Below, one piece after another: positions 28,853 to 38,400 of a stretch of DNA of 64,000 nucleotides. The translations under genes and the position numbers were made by a program. Each line of letters opens with the position of its first letter. Within the stretch, counting starts at the first letter, position 1. The stretch covers positions 140,486-204,485 of the forward strand of contig CAWAQY010000001.1 in NCBI GenBank assembly GCA_963784375.1. Reading direction: 5' to 3'. This DNA comes from an uncultured Chloroflexia bacterium (GTDB lineage Bacteria; Chloroflexota; Dehalococcoidia; GIF9; UBA5629). Below the pieces are notes generated by a model, which had not been told where the DNA came from, did not search any database, and saw only the letters and a program-made list of their open reading frames with translations.

Positions 28853-30214
28853 ATGCTCACATTAAGCCAGATTCTTGCCATCGCTATATTCCTGATAATG
28901 TTTGTCGTCATTACGATTGGCAAAGTACACCGCTACATCCCCGCTCTGATCGGCGGTGGCGTTGTGGTGGTAGTTGTTTTTCTGGGAGTAATGCAGAGCC
29001 CTGAAGCCGTGACCAATACTTTCAACCTCGGTCAACTTGGCCAACTCAGGTTCTGGTTTCCAGGCCATGAACCTCTTGAATCAAGGGGAATAAACTGGCA
29101 AACTATCGTCTTCATCGCCGGCATGATGCTCATGGTGGAGGGACTTGCCATTGCGGGTTTCTTCCGCTGGTTATGCCTTTACGTAGCCAGAATTTGTAAA
29201 TATCAGGTTATACCCATATTTATCGCCTTCATTATACTTTCCGGTTTTCTTTCCATGTTCATTGATAGTATCACCGTCATGCTGTTTCTTGCCTCAGTTA
29301 CCATCGAACTGGCTCGTTTGCTTAAATTTGATCCCATACCAGTCATAATCGCCGAGATTTTTGCCTCTAATACCGGTGGCAGTGCCACAATGTCTGGTGA
29401 CCCCCCAAATATAATTATCGGAACCGCCTTCGGTTACACGTTCACCGATTTCATTACCAATACCGGGCCGATTGCCTGGGCAGGGATGATCGTAGTTGTT
29501 ATTTTCTTTTATTTCTGTTTCCGCAAAATTCTTGCACCTCCAAAAAATGTAACAGGTGACTCGAAGAAAACATATCCCCAACCCAGAGAAGCCATTACCA
29601 ATCCTCGTCTTTTTGTCCTGAGTACCTGCATTTTCATCCTGTTAATAGTATTGCTGGTCACCCATGCTCAAACTGGATTGTCGGTAGCCACCATAGGCGT
29701 CATTGCGGCTGTGCTCACTTTACTGAACTCAGGCAAGGGAGCATCTCATATCATTAAGAAATTTGACTGGCGAACCGTGCTGTTTTTTGTGGGCTTATTT
29801 GTTTGTGTCGGTGGACTTGAGGAAACGGGAACATTGAAAGTAGTGGCTAAAGTCATCGGAGAAGCATCCGGAGGAAAAGCCACTCTGGTAATACCAATAA
29901 TCCTCTGGTTATCCGCAATTGTCTCAGCTCTGGTAGATAATATTCCACTTGCTGCGACGCTCGTACCTGTAATCAGCAACCTCGCCCAGACTACCGGAAT
30001 AAGTCTACAATCATTAGCCTGGACTACTGCCCTGGGCACAGACATCGGCGGTAATGCTACTCCTATAGGGGCTTCTGCTAATGTGGTGGGTACAGCAGTG
30101 GCCGAGAAAGAAGGTTATCCCTGTGGATGGGGCAGATATTGTAAATATGCCATTCCGGGAACTATTCTCGTGGTTGGTGTTTGTCACTTTTTGCTCATAT
30201 TATTACATACTTAA
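28853..30214 (+). CDS. ArsB/NhaD-superfamily (citrate-transporter-like) permease
   Basis: 453 aa, 10-12 TM segments, internal repeat architecture, motifs SNTGGSATMSGDPPN and GGNATPIGASAN. Confidence 0.7.
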   Translation: MLTLSQILAIAIFLIMFVVITIGKVHRYIPALIGGGVVVVVVFLGVMQSPEAVTNTFNLGQLGQLRFWFPGHEPLESRGINWQTIVFIAGMMLMVEGLAIAGFFRWLCLYVARICKYQVIPIFIAFIILSGFLSMFIDSITVMLFLASVTIELARLLKFDPIPVIIAEIFASNTGGSATMSGDPPNIIIGTAFGYTFTDFITNTGPIAWAGMIVVVIFFYFCFRKILAPPKNVTGDSKKTYPQPREAITNPRLFVLSTCIFILLIVLLVTHAQTGLSVATIGVIAAVLTLLNSGKGASHIIKKFDWRTVLFFVGLFVCVGGLEETGTLKVVAKVIGEASGGKATLVIPIILWLSAIVSALVDNIPLAATLVPVISNLAQTTGISLQSLAWTTALGTDIGGNATPIGASANVVGTAVAEKEGYPCGWGRYCKYAIPGTILVVGVCHFLLILLHT

Positions 30215-30272
30215 TTTAGTTAGAAGATTGAGTTCCATAAAAGACATTTACTTTTAGGGAGGATACAGAAAT

Positions 30273-31150
30273 ATGTTTGAGAAGATATTGCTGCCACTGG
30301 ACGGCTCTAAAATTGCTGAACAGGCATTTCCTTACGTTGTAGAATTAGCAACCTCTTTCGATTCTGAAGTAATATGTGCGGGAATTTGCGAACTTGAAGA
30401 AAAGGATCAAAGCTCAAACCTGCCAGTTGTACCAGAACAGCCAGGCCGACCTGTTGAAAAGTAAAATTGGAGCAAAAGCTAAAATTAAATCCGTTGTTTT
30501 ACCGGGCAAAGCCTCTGAAGAGATATTAAAATATGCTAAAGCAAACTCTATTAATCTACTGGTAATGACATCTCATGGACGTTCCGGTATTAAGCCATGG
30601 TCGTTGGGCAGCACGGTAGATAAGATATTACACACAGTTGATGCCCCTTTACTGATTGTTAGGGCTTTTGAAAAATCTGCAGTGGCAGGGAAGTCCGGAT
30701 TATTCAATAAAATAATAGTTCCGTTAGATGGCTCTGAAACAGGAGGAGCCGCTATACCCTATGCTGCTGAACTAAATAAGAAATTGAAATCAGAAATCAT
30801 TCTTTTCCAGGTGGTGGCCACGGGCAAACATGTTCACACTGTCGGCGGCCTCAACTATCGTCAATTTCCAGGATCTTGATTTAAATGCTTCCAAAACTCG
30901 CGCCAGAGAATATCTTAACAACATAAGCAAAAAACTTGCTGAATCAAACATCGTCAGCAAATTTGAGGTCAAATCTGGAGAGGCTGACCGCGAGATAGTT
31001 AAGTTTGCCAAGGATTCCAAAGCATCACTTATTGCTCTCTCAAGCCATGGGCATACCGGAATTGAACGTTGGGCTTACGGAAGTGTAACCTATAAGGTAT
31101 TACAGACCACGGATAAGTCGTTGCTTTTAGTTCCATTTGCTAAGGATTAA
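30273..31150 (+). CDS. Tandem universal stress protein (2 Usp domains), two frame breaks (about 30400-30460 and 30857-30862)
   Basis: KILLPLDGS...MTSHGRSG......GS...K.L......LLIV, then KIIVPLDGSE...LSSHGHTGIERWAYGSVTYKVL......LLLVP. Confidence 0.75.
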
Positions 31151-31201
31151 ACTTAGAGGTTCAGGATAATACCGATAGGGCAATGGTCTGACCCCATGAC
31201 T

Positions 31202-31939
31202 TCAGGCATGATAAATGCCCGAGTAACCGATTTTATTAAATTCTCGTGTCACAAAGAAATAGTCGATCCTCCAGCCTACATTTCTATCACGCGCACGGGT
31301 TTTCATGTCCCACCATGTATAGTTATTCGGCTCTTGATTCAATTGACGGAATGTATCCCTAAAGCCACTGGCTATAAATTTATCCATCCAGGCTCTTTCT
31401 TCGGGCAGAAAACCAGAATTTTTTTCATTCTCTTTCGGCCTTGCCAGATCTATTGCTTCGTGTGCCGTATTTAAATCACCGCAAATTATTAGCTTTTTGT
31501 CTTTATCTTTCAGGGAATCAGCAAAACTAAGAAAAGTTTCATAGAAACGCATTTTGTAATCCAACCTATGCCTGCGATCTTGCGCCGTATCCCCTTTGGG
31601 AAAATATACGTTGAATAAGGTAAATTCAGGATATTTTGCGATAATAATTCTTCCTTCAACATCATATTCTTTAATTCCAAATCCATAGTGGATATCAAGA
31701 GGTTTTTGCTTAGAGAATAAAGCCACCCCGCTATAACCCTTTATTTCCTCAGGATAGTTCCAATAAGTCGTATACCCAATCGGCTCAACCAGATTATTAC
31801 TTAATTGTCCAGGCTGTGCCTTAGTTTCCTGTAAACATAGGATATCGGGATTTTCTTTCTTCAACCACTCGCTAAAACCCTTTTTCTCAACGGCCCTGAT
31901 ACCATTTACATTCCAGGATAATAATTTCAATTCTTTCAT
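31202..31939 (-). CDS. xth: Exodeoxyribonuclease III
   Basis: LLSWNVNGIRA, CLQETK, GDLN.AH..ID, W.....R......GWRIDY. Start chosen at ATG 31939 after agaggt. Confidence 0.9.
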   Translation of the reverse strand: MKELKLLSWNVNGIRAVEKKGFSEWLKKENPDILCLQETKAQPGQLSNNLVEPIGYTTYWNYPEEIKGYSGVALFSKQKPLDIHYGFGIKEYDVEGRIIIAKYPEFTLFNVYFPKGDTAQDRRHRLDYKMRFYETFLSFADSLKDKDKKLIICGDLNTAHEAIDLARPKENEKNSGFLPEERAWMDKFIASGFRDTFRQLNQEPNNYTWWDMKTRARDRNVGWRIDYFFVTREFNKIGYSGIYHA

Positions 31940-32076
31940 TGCAACATTTACCTCTACCTTATATTTTCCCAAATAATTTTCGGGCAAACCTAAAAATATT
32001 CAATTCCTCCCAAAAACATCCACATTGATTCAGTTATTTACCTGAATAGCGAGCAACTATTGTATATAATAGTATA

Positions 32077-32105
32077 TTGACAAAACGTTTTTAAACGTTA
32101 ATAAT
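32077..32105 (+). promoter_or_regulatory. Promoter with an operator-like inverted repeat in the spacer, upstream of the repeat-peptide gene
   Basis: TTGACA 32077-32082; AACGTTT-tt-AAACGTT at 32084-32099 fills the spacer; TAATAAT begins at 32099. Confidence 0.45.
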
Positions 32106-32282
32106 AATAGTCATTAAATTATCTTATAATTGCTCTCGCGCAAATTTACGTTTAAGCAATAAAGATGGCGGCGAAGGGCAGCAAGTGATAGAATAAAAGA
32201 TAAAAGGGGGTAAAAGGAGAAATCAAATAGACGTAAGATTTCACTTATTTCACTGGATCAATTAATGATTAAGGAAGGAAAA

Positions 32283-32582
32283 ATGAAAAAAGTAATTATT
32301 TTAGTTGTCTGTTTAGTTGTTGCCGCTGTTATCATATTACCCACCGCTATACTTGCTGCAACCTGTGACGGCATCCCCTGGGTGAGCGGCGTAGGCAAAT
32401 ATGAGGGTATTCCCTGGGTCAGTGGTGTGGGTAAGTATGATGGTATTCCCTGGGTCAGTGCTGTAGGCAAGTATGATGGTATTCCCTGGGTCAGTGCCGT
32501 TGGCAAATTTGACGGTATTCCCTGGGTTAGTGCCGTTGGCAAATATGATGGCATTCCCTGGATCAGCGGCGTCTGCAAGTAA
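32283..32582 (+). CDS. Small secreted (possibly lipid-anchored) protein made of six tandem 12-residue repeats DGIPWVSGVGKY
   Basis: aaggaagg RBS 5 nt before ATG 32283. Signal-like N-terminus KKVIILVVCLVVAAVIILPTAILAATC. The repeats differ mostly at synonymous sites. A strong terminator follows. Confidence 0.7.
   Translation: MKKVIILVVCLVVAAVIILPTAILAATCDGIPWVSGVGKYEGIPWVSGVGKYDGIPWVSAVGKYDGIPWVSAVGKFDGIPWVSAVGKYDGIPWISGVCK
32367..32582 (+). repeat. Six head-to-tail 36-nt coding repeats
   Basis: Units start at 32367, 32403, 32439, 32475, 32511 and 32547. The last ends GVCK* instead of GVGKY. Confidence 0.95.
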
Positions 32583-32695
32583 CCTGGAAATCGCAAGCGA
32601 ATAAAAAATTTTCATATTCGCTATTTTTCCTGGCTAGTAAGATTAAACAAGCAATTATTGCCGGGCTATTAGTTTTTTAGATACGAATGTGCTCG

Positions 32696-32737
32696 TTATC
32701 CCTCCCTCATTTGCAATCAGGGAGGGATAATTTTTTT
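32696..32737 (+). terminator. Rho-independent terminator of the repeat-peptide gene
   Basis: 12-bp stem ttatccctccct / agggagggataa, 11-nt loop, T7 at 32731-32737. Confidence 0.85.
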
Positions 32738-32756
32738 GTTGGCTGATCGCGCTTGT

Positions 32757-33074
32757 TTAAGATTTAGTCTCAACAGAGATATTGAAATTCTTACTACCAT
32801 CAACGCCTTTGAGAGTAAGAATTAAACCGGACAAAGTGCTCGTGATAACCTTTATGGGAAATTCAGTTAAGGCAATTTCCTTGCCATTTACAATAATAGT
32901 CATATCCTTATCATTTTTATGAATTTCCATTCTCTTCACGTCGTCCACACCTTTAAGTGCACTGACCGCTCCAACCGAAACACGAGCCAATAATTCTTCT
33001 ACAAATGGAATCATTTCGATAGGTTTATTATCTACCAGCAATTTGGCTTGAAATTTTTCTCTCAACTTATCCAC
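32757..33074 (-). CDS. Hypothetical protein (105 aa)
   Basis: ORF with a GTG start after aggga. An internal duplication-like pattern (ALKGVDD... / TLKGVDG...). No family recognised. Confidence 0.45.
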   Translation of the reverse strand: MDKLREKFQAKLLVDNKPIEMIPFVEELLARVSVGAVSALKGVDDVKRMEIHKNDKDMTIIVNGKEIALTEFPIKVITSTLSGLILTLKGVDGSKNFNISVETKS

Positions 33075-33212
33075 CTTTTTCCCTAACTTGTCTCAAATCA
33101 TAAATGCTATTTTATTCTAGCTCTGTCAGAGCATAAATTCAAAAAGAAAATGTCTATTTCCATGGCTCGTCTTTGACCAAACAAGTCTATATTCAAGAGA
33201 TTCCATTTATAA

Positions 33213-33434
33213 TTAAATCTCTTCAAAATCCAGGACTTCACTCAAATCTAATTTAGCGGTGTTGTCTTTAGCAGGCACAAATTCTTCGATAACATTGTGG
33301 AATATTTTAACCTCACCGCATAGCTTACATACACCTTTGCTTGTCGCCTTTTCAGGTGTTTCAATAACCCAATAATGTTTACACGTACTTCGAGTACCAA
33401 TTTTGTCTAATACTGCTCCTCTCTTGGATTCCAT
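33213..33434 (-). CDS. Small Cys/His protein (73 aa), C-x-H...C-x2-C putative zinc site
   Basis: ATG 33434 lies 6 nt after GGAGG. Motif CKHYWVIETP....SKGVCKLCG. Confidence 0.55.
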   Translation of the reverse strand: MESKRGAVLDKIGTRSTCKHYWVIETPEKATSKGVCKLCGEVKIFHNVIEEFVPAKDNTAKLDLSEVLDFEEI

Positions 33435-33489
33435 CAAAGTCCTCCTTTTCTAAACAAAATATATTTTAAACCAGGAACTATCGATTTTA

Positions 33490-33505
33490 TGCGACTTTTG
33501 TCTCA
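33490..33505 (-). promoter_or_regulatory. Crp-type box TGCGA-N6-TCTCA upstream of the 73-aa gene
   Basis: Centre at 33497.5, 32 nt from a TAAAAT -10 (33468-33463 on the minus strand) and about 63 nt from the ATG. This is class-II geometry. Confidence 0.45.
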
Positions 33506-33615
33506 AATTCAGGATAAAACTTTTAGCCAGATATCAGAAATATATTAGACTGGGGAAGCGATTTTTGGAACAGTCAGGAAATTGTGTGGAAAGAGAATCT
33601 CAAAAGAAAAAGGAG

Positions 33616-33822
33616 CTATGTTTCTTCGATAACAATCTCAAAAGGGCAAGATATGGCGCCGGTAGGACATACTGCTTCACATTGAGTGCACCAGCCGCAA
33701 TCATTCACTTCTAAATAGGTAATTACATTGCCGATTACTTCAAGCGCCTTGCAACGGCATACTTTTACGCATAGGCCACAGCCATTGCATTTCTCAATGA
33801 TAATTACCGGCATTAAACTCAC
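33616..33822 (-). CDS. 2x[4Fe-4S] ferredoxin (68 aa)
   Basis: CNGCGLCVKVC and CGWCTQCEAVCP motifs. Confidence 0.8.
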   Translation of the reverse strand: MSLMPVIIIEKCNGCGLCVKVCRCKALEVIGNVITYLEVNDCGWCTQCEAVCPTGAISCPFEIVIEET

Positions 33823-33874
33823 TGGATAACTATCTCCAATATCTTCATGTTATCACCAGATTTCTTCAACTGTA

Positions 33875-33890
33875 TGTGACCTTTGTCTCA
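33875..33890 (-). promoter_or_regulatory. Crp-type box TGTGA-N6-TCTCA upstream of the ferredoxin gene
   Basis: Centre at 33882.5, 31 nt from a GATAAC -10 (33854-33849 on the minus strand) and about 60 nt from the start codon. Confidence 0.5.
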
Positions 33891-33906
33891 AAAAGAAGAG
33901 CCGATT

Positions 33907-34560
33907 CTATTGTTGAGGGCTTGCTTTATTACGAATCACAATTCGGTTACGGTCCAATTTAATAATACCTTCATCTTCAAGTACTTTAAGCGATCTACCC
34001 ACTACTTCTCTGGCGGTCCCAGCCATCGCAGCCATATCCTGCTGGGTAAGTCTGGCTCCGAAGCTTGAACCATTCGCAGCATTTTCCAACAGTATTTTAG
34101 CAACCCTGCCTATCACATGCCTGAAAGATAGATCCTCAACAAGCGAAACGAGTTGACGTACTCTGCCCGCCAGAACATTGATTATATTTCTGGCAACAAG
34201 GGGGTACTTCCTTATTATAGTTTCCAGTTCTGTCTTTCCAATCTCGTAAACAGTTGCGGGACCCAAAGCTTGTACACTGACATGGCTGGGTTCATTGTCG
34301 AAAACAGGAGCATCGTTAAATGAATCGACGGGATGCACGATACTGAGTATTTGTTCTTTGCCATCAGATGACGTTTTAAATACCTTTAATGCGCCCGAAA
34401 CAAGAAAAAATAAAGCCTTAACTGAATCACCTTCCAGAACAAGAACGTCATTCCTTCCAACCGTTCTTTCAGTAATAAATTTCTTTATCGGCTCCAGTTC
34501 GACTTCAGACAACCCGACAAAATAGGGTAATTTCTTCAGGAATTCCAAATCAACAGTCAT
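33907..34560 (-). CDS. Crp/Fnr family transcriptional regulator
   Basis: cNMP-binding beta-barrel plus C-terminal HTH. Its recognition helix TAREVVGRSLKVL has the R-E-x3-R pattern of E. coli CRP (RETVGR). Confidence 0.85.
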   Translation of the reverse strand: MTVDLEFLKKLPYFVGLSEVELEPIKKFITERTVGRNDVLVLEGDSVKALFFLVSGALKVFKTSSDGKEQILSIVHPVDSFNDAPVFDNEPSHVSVQALGPATVYEIGKTELETIIRKYPLVARNIINVLAGRVRQLVSLVEDLSFRHVIGRVAKILLENAANGSSFGARLTQQDMAAMAGTAREVVGRSLKVLEDEGIIKLDRNRIVIRNKASPQQ

Positions 34561-34580
34561 AATTTACAGGTCAGTCTTCT

Positions 34581-35387
34581 TTACTTAATCCGCGCTTCTA
34601 CGATCCTGGCAAAAAATTCAAGTTCTTTCAAATCGGATAATGTCCCGATATTAACAAAAACGTTATTTTTTCTGAACCTTATTGCATAGGTAGTGGGATA
34701 ATTCTGATCAATGCCAGGAACCTTCATGATATATCCCTCATCCCCGATTACAATAATATTCGGCAAGCTTCCTCTGGCATTTGCTTTAGTTTCTATATAG
34801 TGATTCCCCGTGTCTGCTACGGTGGCATAAATTGATACTACATTATCTAATATTTCATCAGCAAATGCATTGCCCTTTCGAAAAAAAGTTACCGAATACG
34901 TTGATATCGTGTTATCCATTTTCGGTTCTGTATTTCTTCGGAAAATAAATCCCGCGGATTTAACATCATCGTCAGTCAAAGCTATTTTTGAGGCATTTGT
35001 ATTTTCATAGATAGTAATCGCAGTCGTCCTGAAAACAACGCCACCGGCATTACTAGCCGTCATTTTAAAGACCGTATTTTGGGATAGTACAAGCTTTCTT
35101 GTTCCGTTTGCAGATACTTTACCGATGCCCTGATCGATATCAATTGTATCAGCGCCAGTCACTTCCCATCGCAATGTTACTTGCTCGACAATGGTCGCCT
35201 TGGGCGGAGTTATTTCAAAAACAACAATGACAGGTGGCTTCACTTTAGGTGGTTCAGGCATTGATGCAGAACTAGATCCCTGTATTTTGGGGCTTGGCGC
35301 AGCTTCTGAACAAGCTATCGCCAGGCCAACAGACAAAATAAGCAAAACTCCAAAAAGATAGTTTCGCACAGGACTACAGTTCTTCAT
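34581..35387 (-). CDS. Lipoprotein of unknown function with an Ig-like N-terminal domain
   Basis: Signal peptide plus LAIAC lipobox, S/P-rich linker, beta-rich body. The crp gene starts 20 nt downstream. Confidence 0.6.
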   Translation of the reverse strand: MKNCSPVRNYLFGVLLILSVGLAIACSEAAPSPKIQGSSSASMPEPPKVKPPVIVVFEITPPKATIVEQVTLRWEVTGADTIDIDQGIGKVSANGTRKLVLSQNTVFKMTASNAGGVVFRTTAITIYENTNASKIALTDDDVKSAGFIFRRNTEPKMDNTISTYSVTFFRKGNAFADEILDNVVSIYATVADTGNHYIETKANARGSLPNIIVIGDEGYIMKVPGIDQNYPTTYAIRFRKNNVFVNIGTLSDLKELEFFARIVEARIK

Positions 35388-35492
35388 TCTAATCTCACTA
35401 ATTTATGCCATCCGATTATACATCCATAAGATTCAAAATTAAATATGCGGTTATACCAGACTACTGAATTTTGTTACAATTGAATCCACGAA

Positions 35493-38400
35493 ATGACTTA
35501 TTCTCTGGGAGTCGATATCGGCTCCGTAAACGTAAAAACAGCACTTATTGATGACAACTGCAATGTTGTTTTTTTAGATAGTGAAAAAATCGCTTCCGGG
35601 CCAAAAGCAGCTATCAATTCGCTATTAATCAAAATAAGTAAGAAGTTCAATCACGAACAAATTACCAGTGCGGGTGCATCCTGTTCAGGGAAAACTATAA
35701 TTCCTAAAGAACTCAACTGGGCTGAGAACAGCAGTTCACTATCAATTTCCGCAGGGCTAATCCACTTCCATCCTGACGCAAAGACAATCATACAGATAGG
35801 TGGACAGAGCTCAATTGTCATCGCATTGGAAGACGGGTTGAAGAAACCCTGGAAAACGTTCTCTAATCCCCTCTGTGCAGCAGGTACAGGACGATTTATG
35901 GAACAGCAGGCATACCGATTGGGGATTAGTATGGAGGACTTCGCCACTATGGCTTTAAAATGTCAAGAAAGTCCTCCAAGGATCGCGGCCAGATGTAGTG
36001 TGTTTGCCAAAACCGACTTAATTCACCTGCAGCAAAAAGGTGTTGCCGTCGAAAACATGCTTTATGCACTTTGTGAAAGTATTTCCCGAATGGTTTCTTC
36101 GTTAAACAAAGGAGCTTTTGAGCCTCCTGTATACTTTTTAGGCGGGGTTGCTTCAAACAAAGCCGTGGTAAAAGCACTGAGTGAAGTACTTTCTGCCAAG
36201 AACAGCCATCCACTACAGGTGATTGTACCCGAAAATCATCTCTATATTGAGGCAATAGGGTCGGCATTGCTTTCCAGGGGAAAGCGAGCACAAACTATTT
36301 TGATTCCAGAATCGGACCGGCTGCAAAAGTATTTTGAAATGCCCAAATTGGAAGTGATCTCAGAAAAAAATGATGATTTTGATAAGCTCATAGAAAAACC
36401 GGGCATAGGATACCTGGGAGTTGATGTCGGTTCCACGAGCACTAAAGCCGTCATAGTTGACGATAAAGGTAATGTAATCGCCAAGCACTATCTGATGACA
36501 GCGGGTAGACCGGTTAATGCGGTGAAGGAGGTATTCACAGGCTTACTTAAGAAGGGAGCAGGGAAAACGGAAATTGCGGGCGCAGGGGTTACCGGGTCGG
36601 GAAGATACCTGATCGGTTCCTTGATTGGAGCAGACCTGATCAAAAATGAGATCACGGCACAGACTAGAGCCGCTGCGGATATTGATTCTGAAGCAGATAT
36701 CATAGAAATTGGCGGACAAGATTCCAAGCTAGTCCTTAAAAAAAACGACATCGTCTTCGACTACCAGATGAATAAAGCATGCGCTGCCGGCACGGGGAGT
36801 TTCATAGATGAACTCGCAGAAATGCTCAATATTTCAGTAAAAAACGGGGAATTTGCCAAACTTGCGTTTGAAGCACCCTATACTATTGATTTAGGAACCA
36901 GATGCGCTGCGTTTATGGGACAGGCTGTTTCGCTAGCCCAACAAGAGGGAATTCCATTATCAGTGATAACAGCGAGCCTGGCGAATTCTATTGCCAAGAA
37001 CTATCTATCCAAAGTTGTAGGTAATAGGAAATTGGGGAATAAAGTTATTTTAACTGGTGCCGTTTTTTACAATCAGGCTGTAATTTCTGCATTCAGGCAA
37101 CAGCTTAAAGGAAAAACATTCACGGTAGCCGAACATAAAGAAGTCACCGGAGCTATTGGAGCAGCTTTACTGGCAAAAGAAGACCTGTCAGGGCGTAAAT
37201 CAAATTTCAAAGGATTCCAGGAGGTAGTTGACAGCGAATGTAACCTCTCCTCATTTACCTGCAAAGCATGTGACAATAATTGTACCATCACTCGTCTTGA
37301 AACCAATAAGGAGAAACCAACATTCTACGGGAGCAGATGTGACCGGTATGAAAGTGCTGCAAACCAGAAAAAAACGACTACGTTCTTCGATGAACGAGAA
37401 AAGCTTCTCTTCCGCGAATATATAGAAAATAAAGGGTCTGGACCAAAAGTAGGAATCCCAAGGTCATTATTGATATACGACTATGCCCCGCTTCTTATTG
37501 GTTTTCTCAACAAGCTCGGTGTCAGAGTAAATTTTTCCGGTAAAACAACCAAAGAGATAGTAGAGAAGTCGACACAGCTAAGTTACACCGATAGCTGTTT
37601 CCCTCTTAAGCTTCTTCACGGACACACAGCCAGCCTTTTGGAAAATGACTATATCCTTTATCCCTGCATCATCAGACTTGGGGAAAAAGAAGGAGAGGAA
37701 AATCAGAAATATGCCTGCCCCCTGGTTCAGGCATCACCTTTTATAGTAAATCAGGTACTGGAATTAAAGGGAAAATTATTGGCACCGATATTCGATTTCA
37801 GTCATGGCAATTCTGCAGTCATAAATACGCTTGCAAATACAGCTATTAAAATGGGATTCAACAAGAAAGCAGGAATTCAGGCAGCGCTTGCCGGGATTAA
37901 AGCACAACAGCAATTCGAACTGGATAAAACAGCCCTTGGAGAGAGACTAATTAAACAACTCCACCAAAACAAACAATTAGGAGTCGTAATTTTTGCCCGT
38001 TCTTATATGTCCCAGGATGCAGGAGCAAACCTCAGCATAGCAGAAAAATTGGCTCAGCTGGGAGTTGTTCCCATCCCTCTAGATTTTCTACCCCTTTCAA
38101 CTGTTTCCGCAAATAGATATTCCGATAGGCCTTACTGGCTCTACGAGAACAAACAAATAGCTGGAGCGGTGATAACCAAAGCTGATCCTCAATTGTATGG
38201 TTTAATATTGACAAATTTTGGTTGCGGGCCTAACTCATTTATATTAAGGCTGGTAGAAGATATTATGGGTGATAAACCGTTGGGGCAATTGGAAATAGAT
38301 GAACATGCTGCCGAAGCTGGAATCGTCACCCGCCTCGAAGCCTTCGTTGATACCATCAGCAATTTTGACTCCACGAGGAACTCTGAGGTCCCTTTAACAA

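Noticed and set aside
28540-28923. 127-aa minus-strand ORF, and its partial twin at 20926-21126
   Set aside because: Both are antisense readings of the duplicated plsX 3' end; their shared peptide merely reflects the DNA repeat. 28540-28923 also runs through the promoter and start of the permease gene.
32367-32582. Possible CRISPR array, because of regular 36-nt repeats
   Set aside because: The units are contiguous with no spacers, diverge at codon third positions, lie in an ORF, and no cas genes are present.
32258-32615. Two minus-strand ORFs (112 aa and 92 aa) covering the 36-nt repeat array
   Set aside because: They are the antisense image of the repeats. Only the plus frame has an RBS, a signal peptide, a terminator and mostly synonymous differences between units.
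33080-33095. Third Crp-type box in front of the 105-aa gene
   Set aside because: Only the right half (TCTCA plus the TTGTCTCAAA core) is present; the left half is TCCCT. It also lies only about 13 nt from the annotated GTG start, so the geometry does not fit unless the start is wrong.
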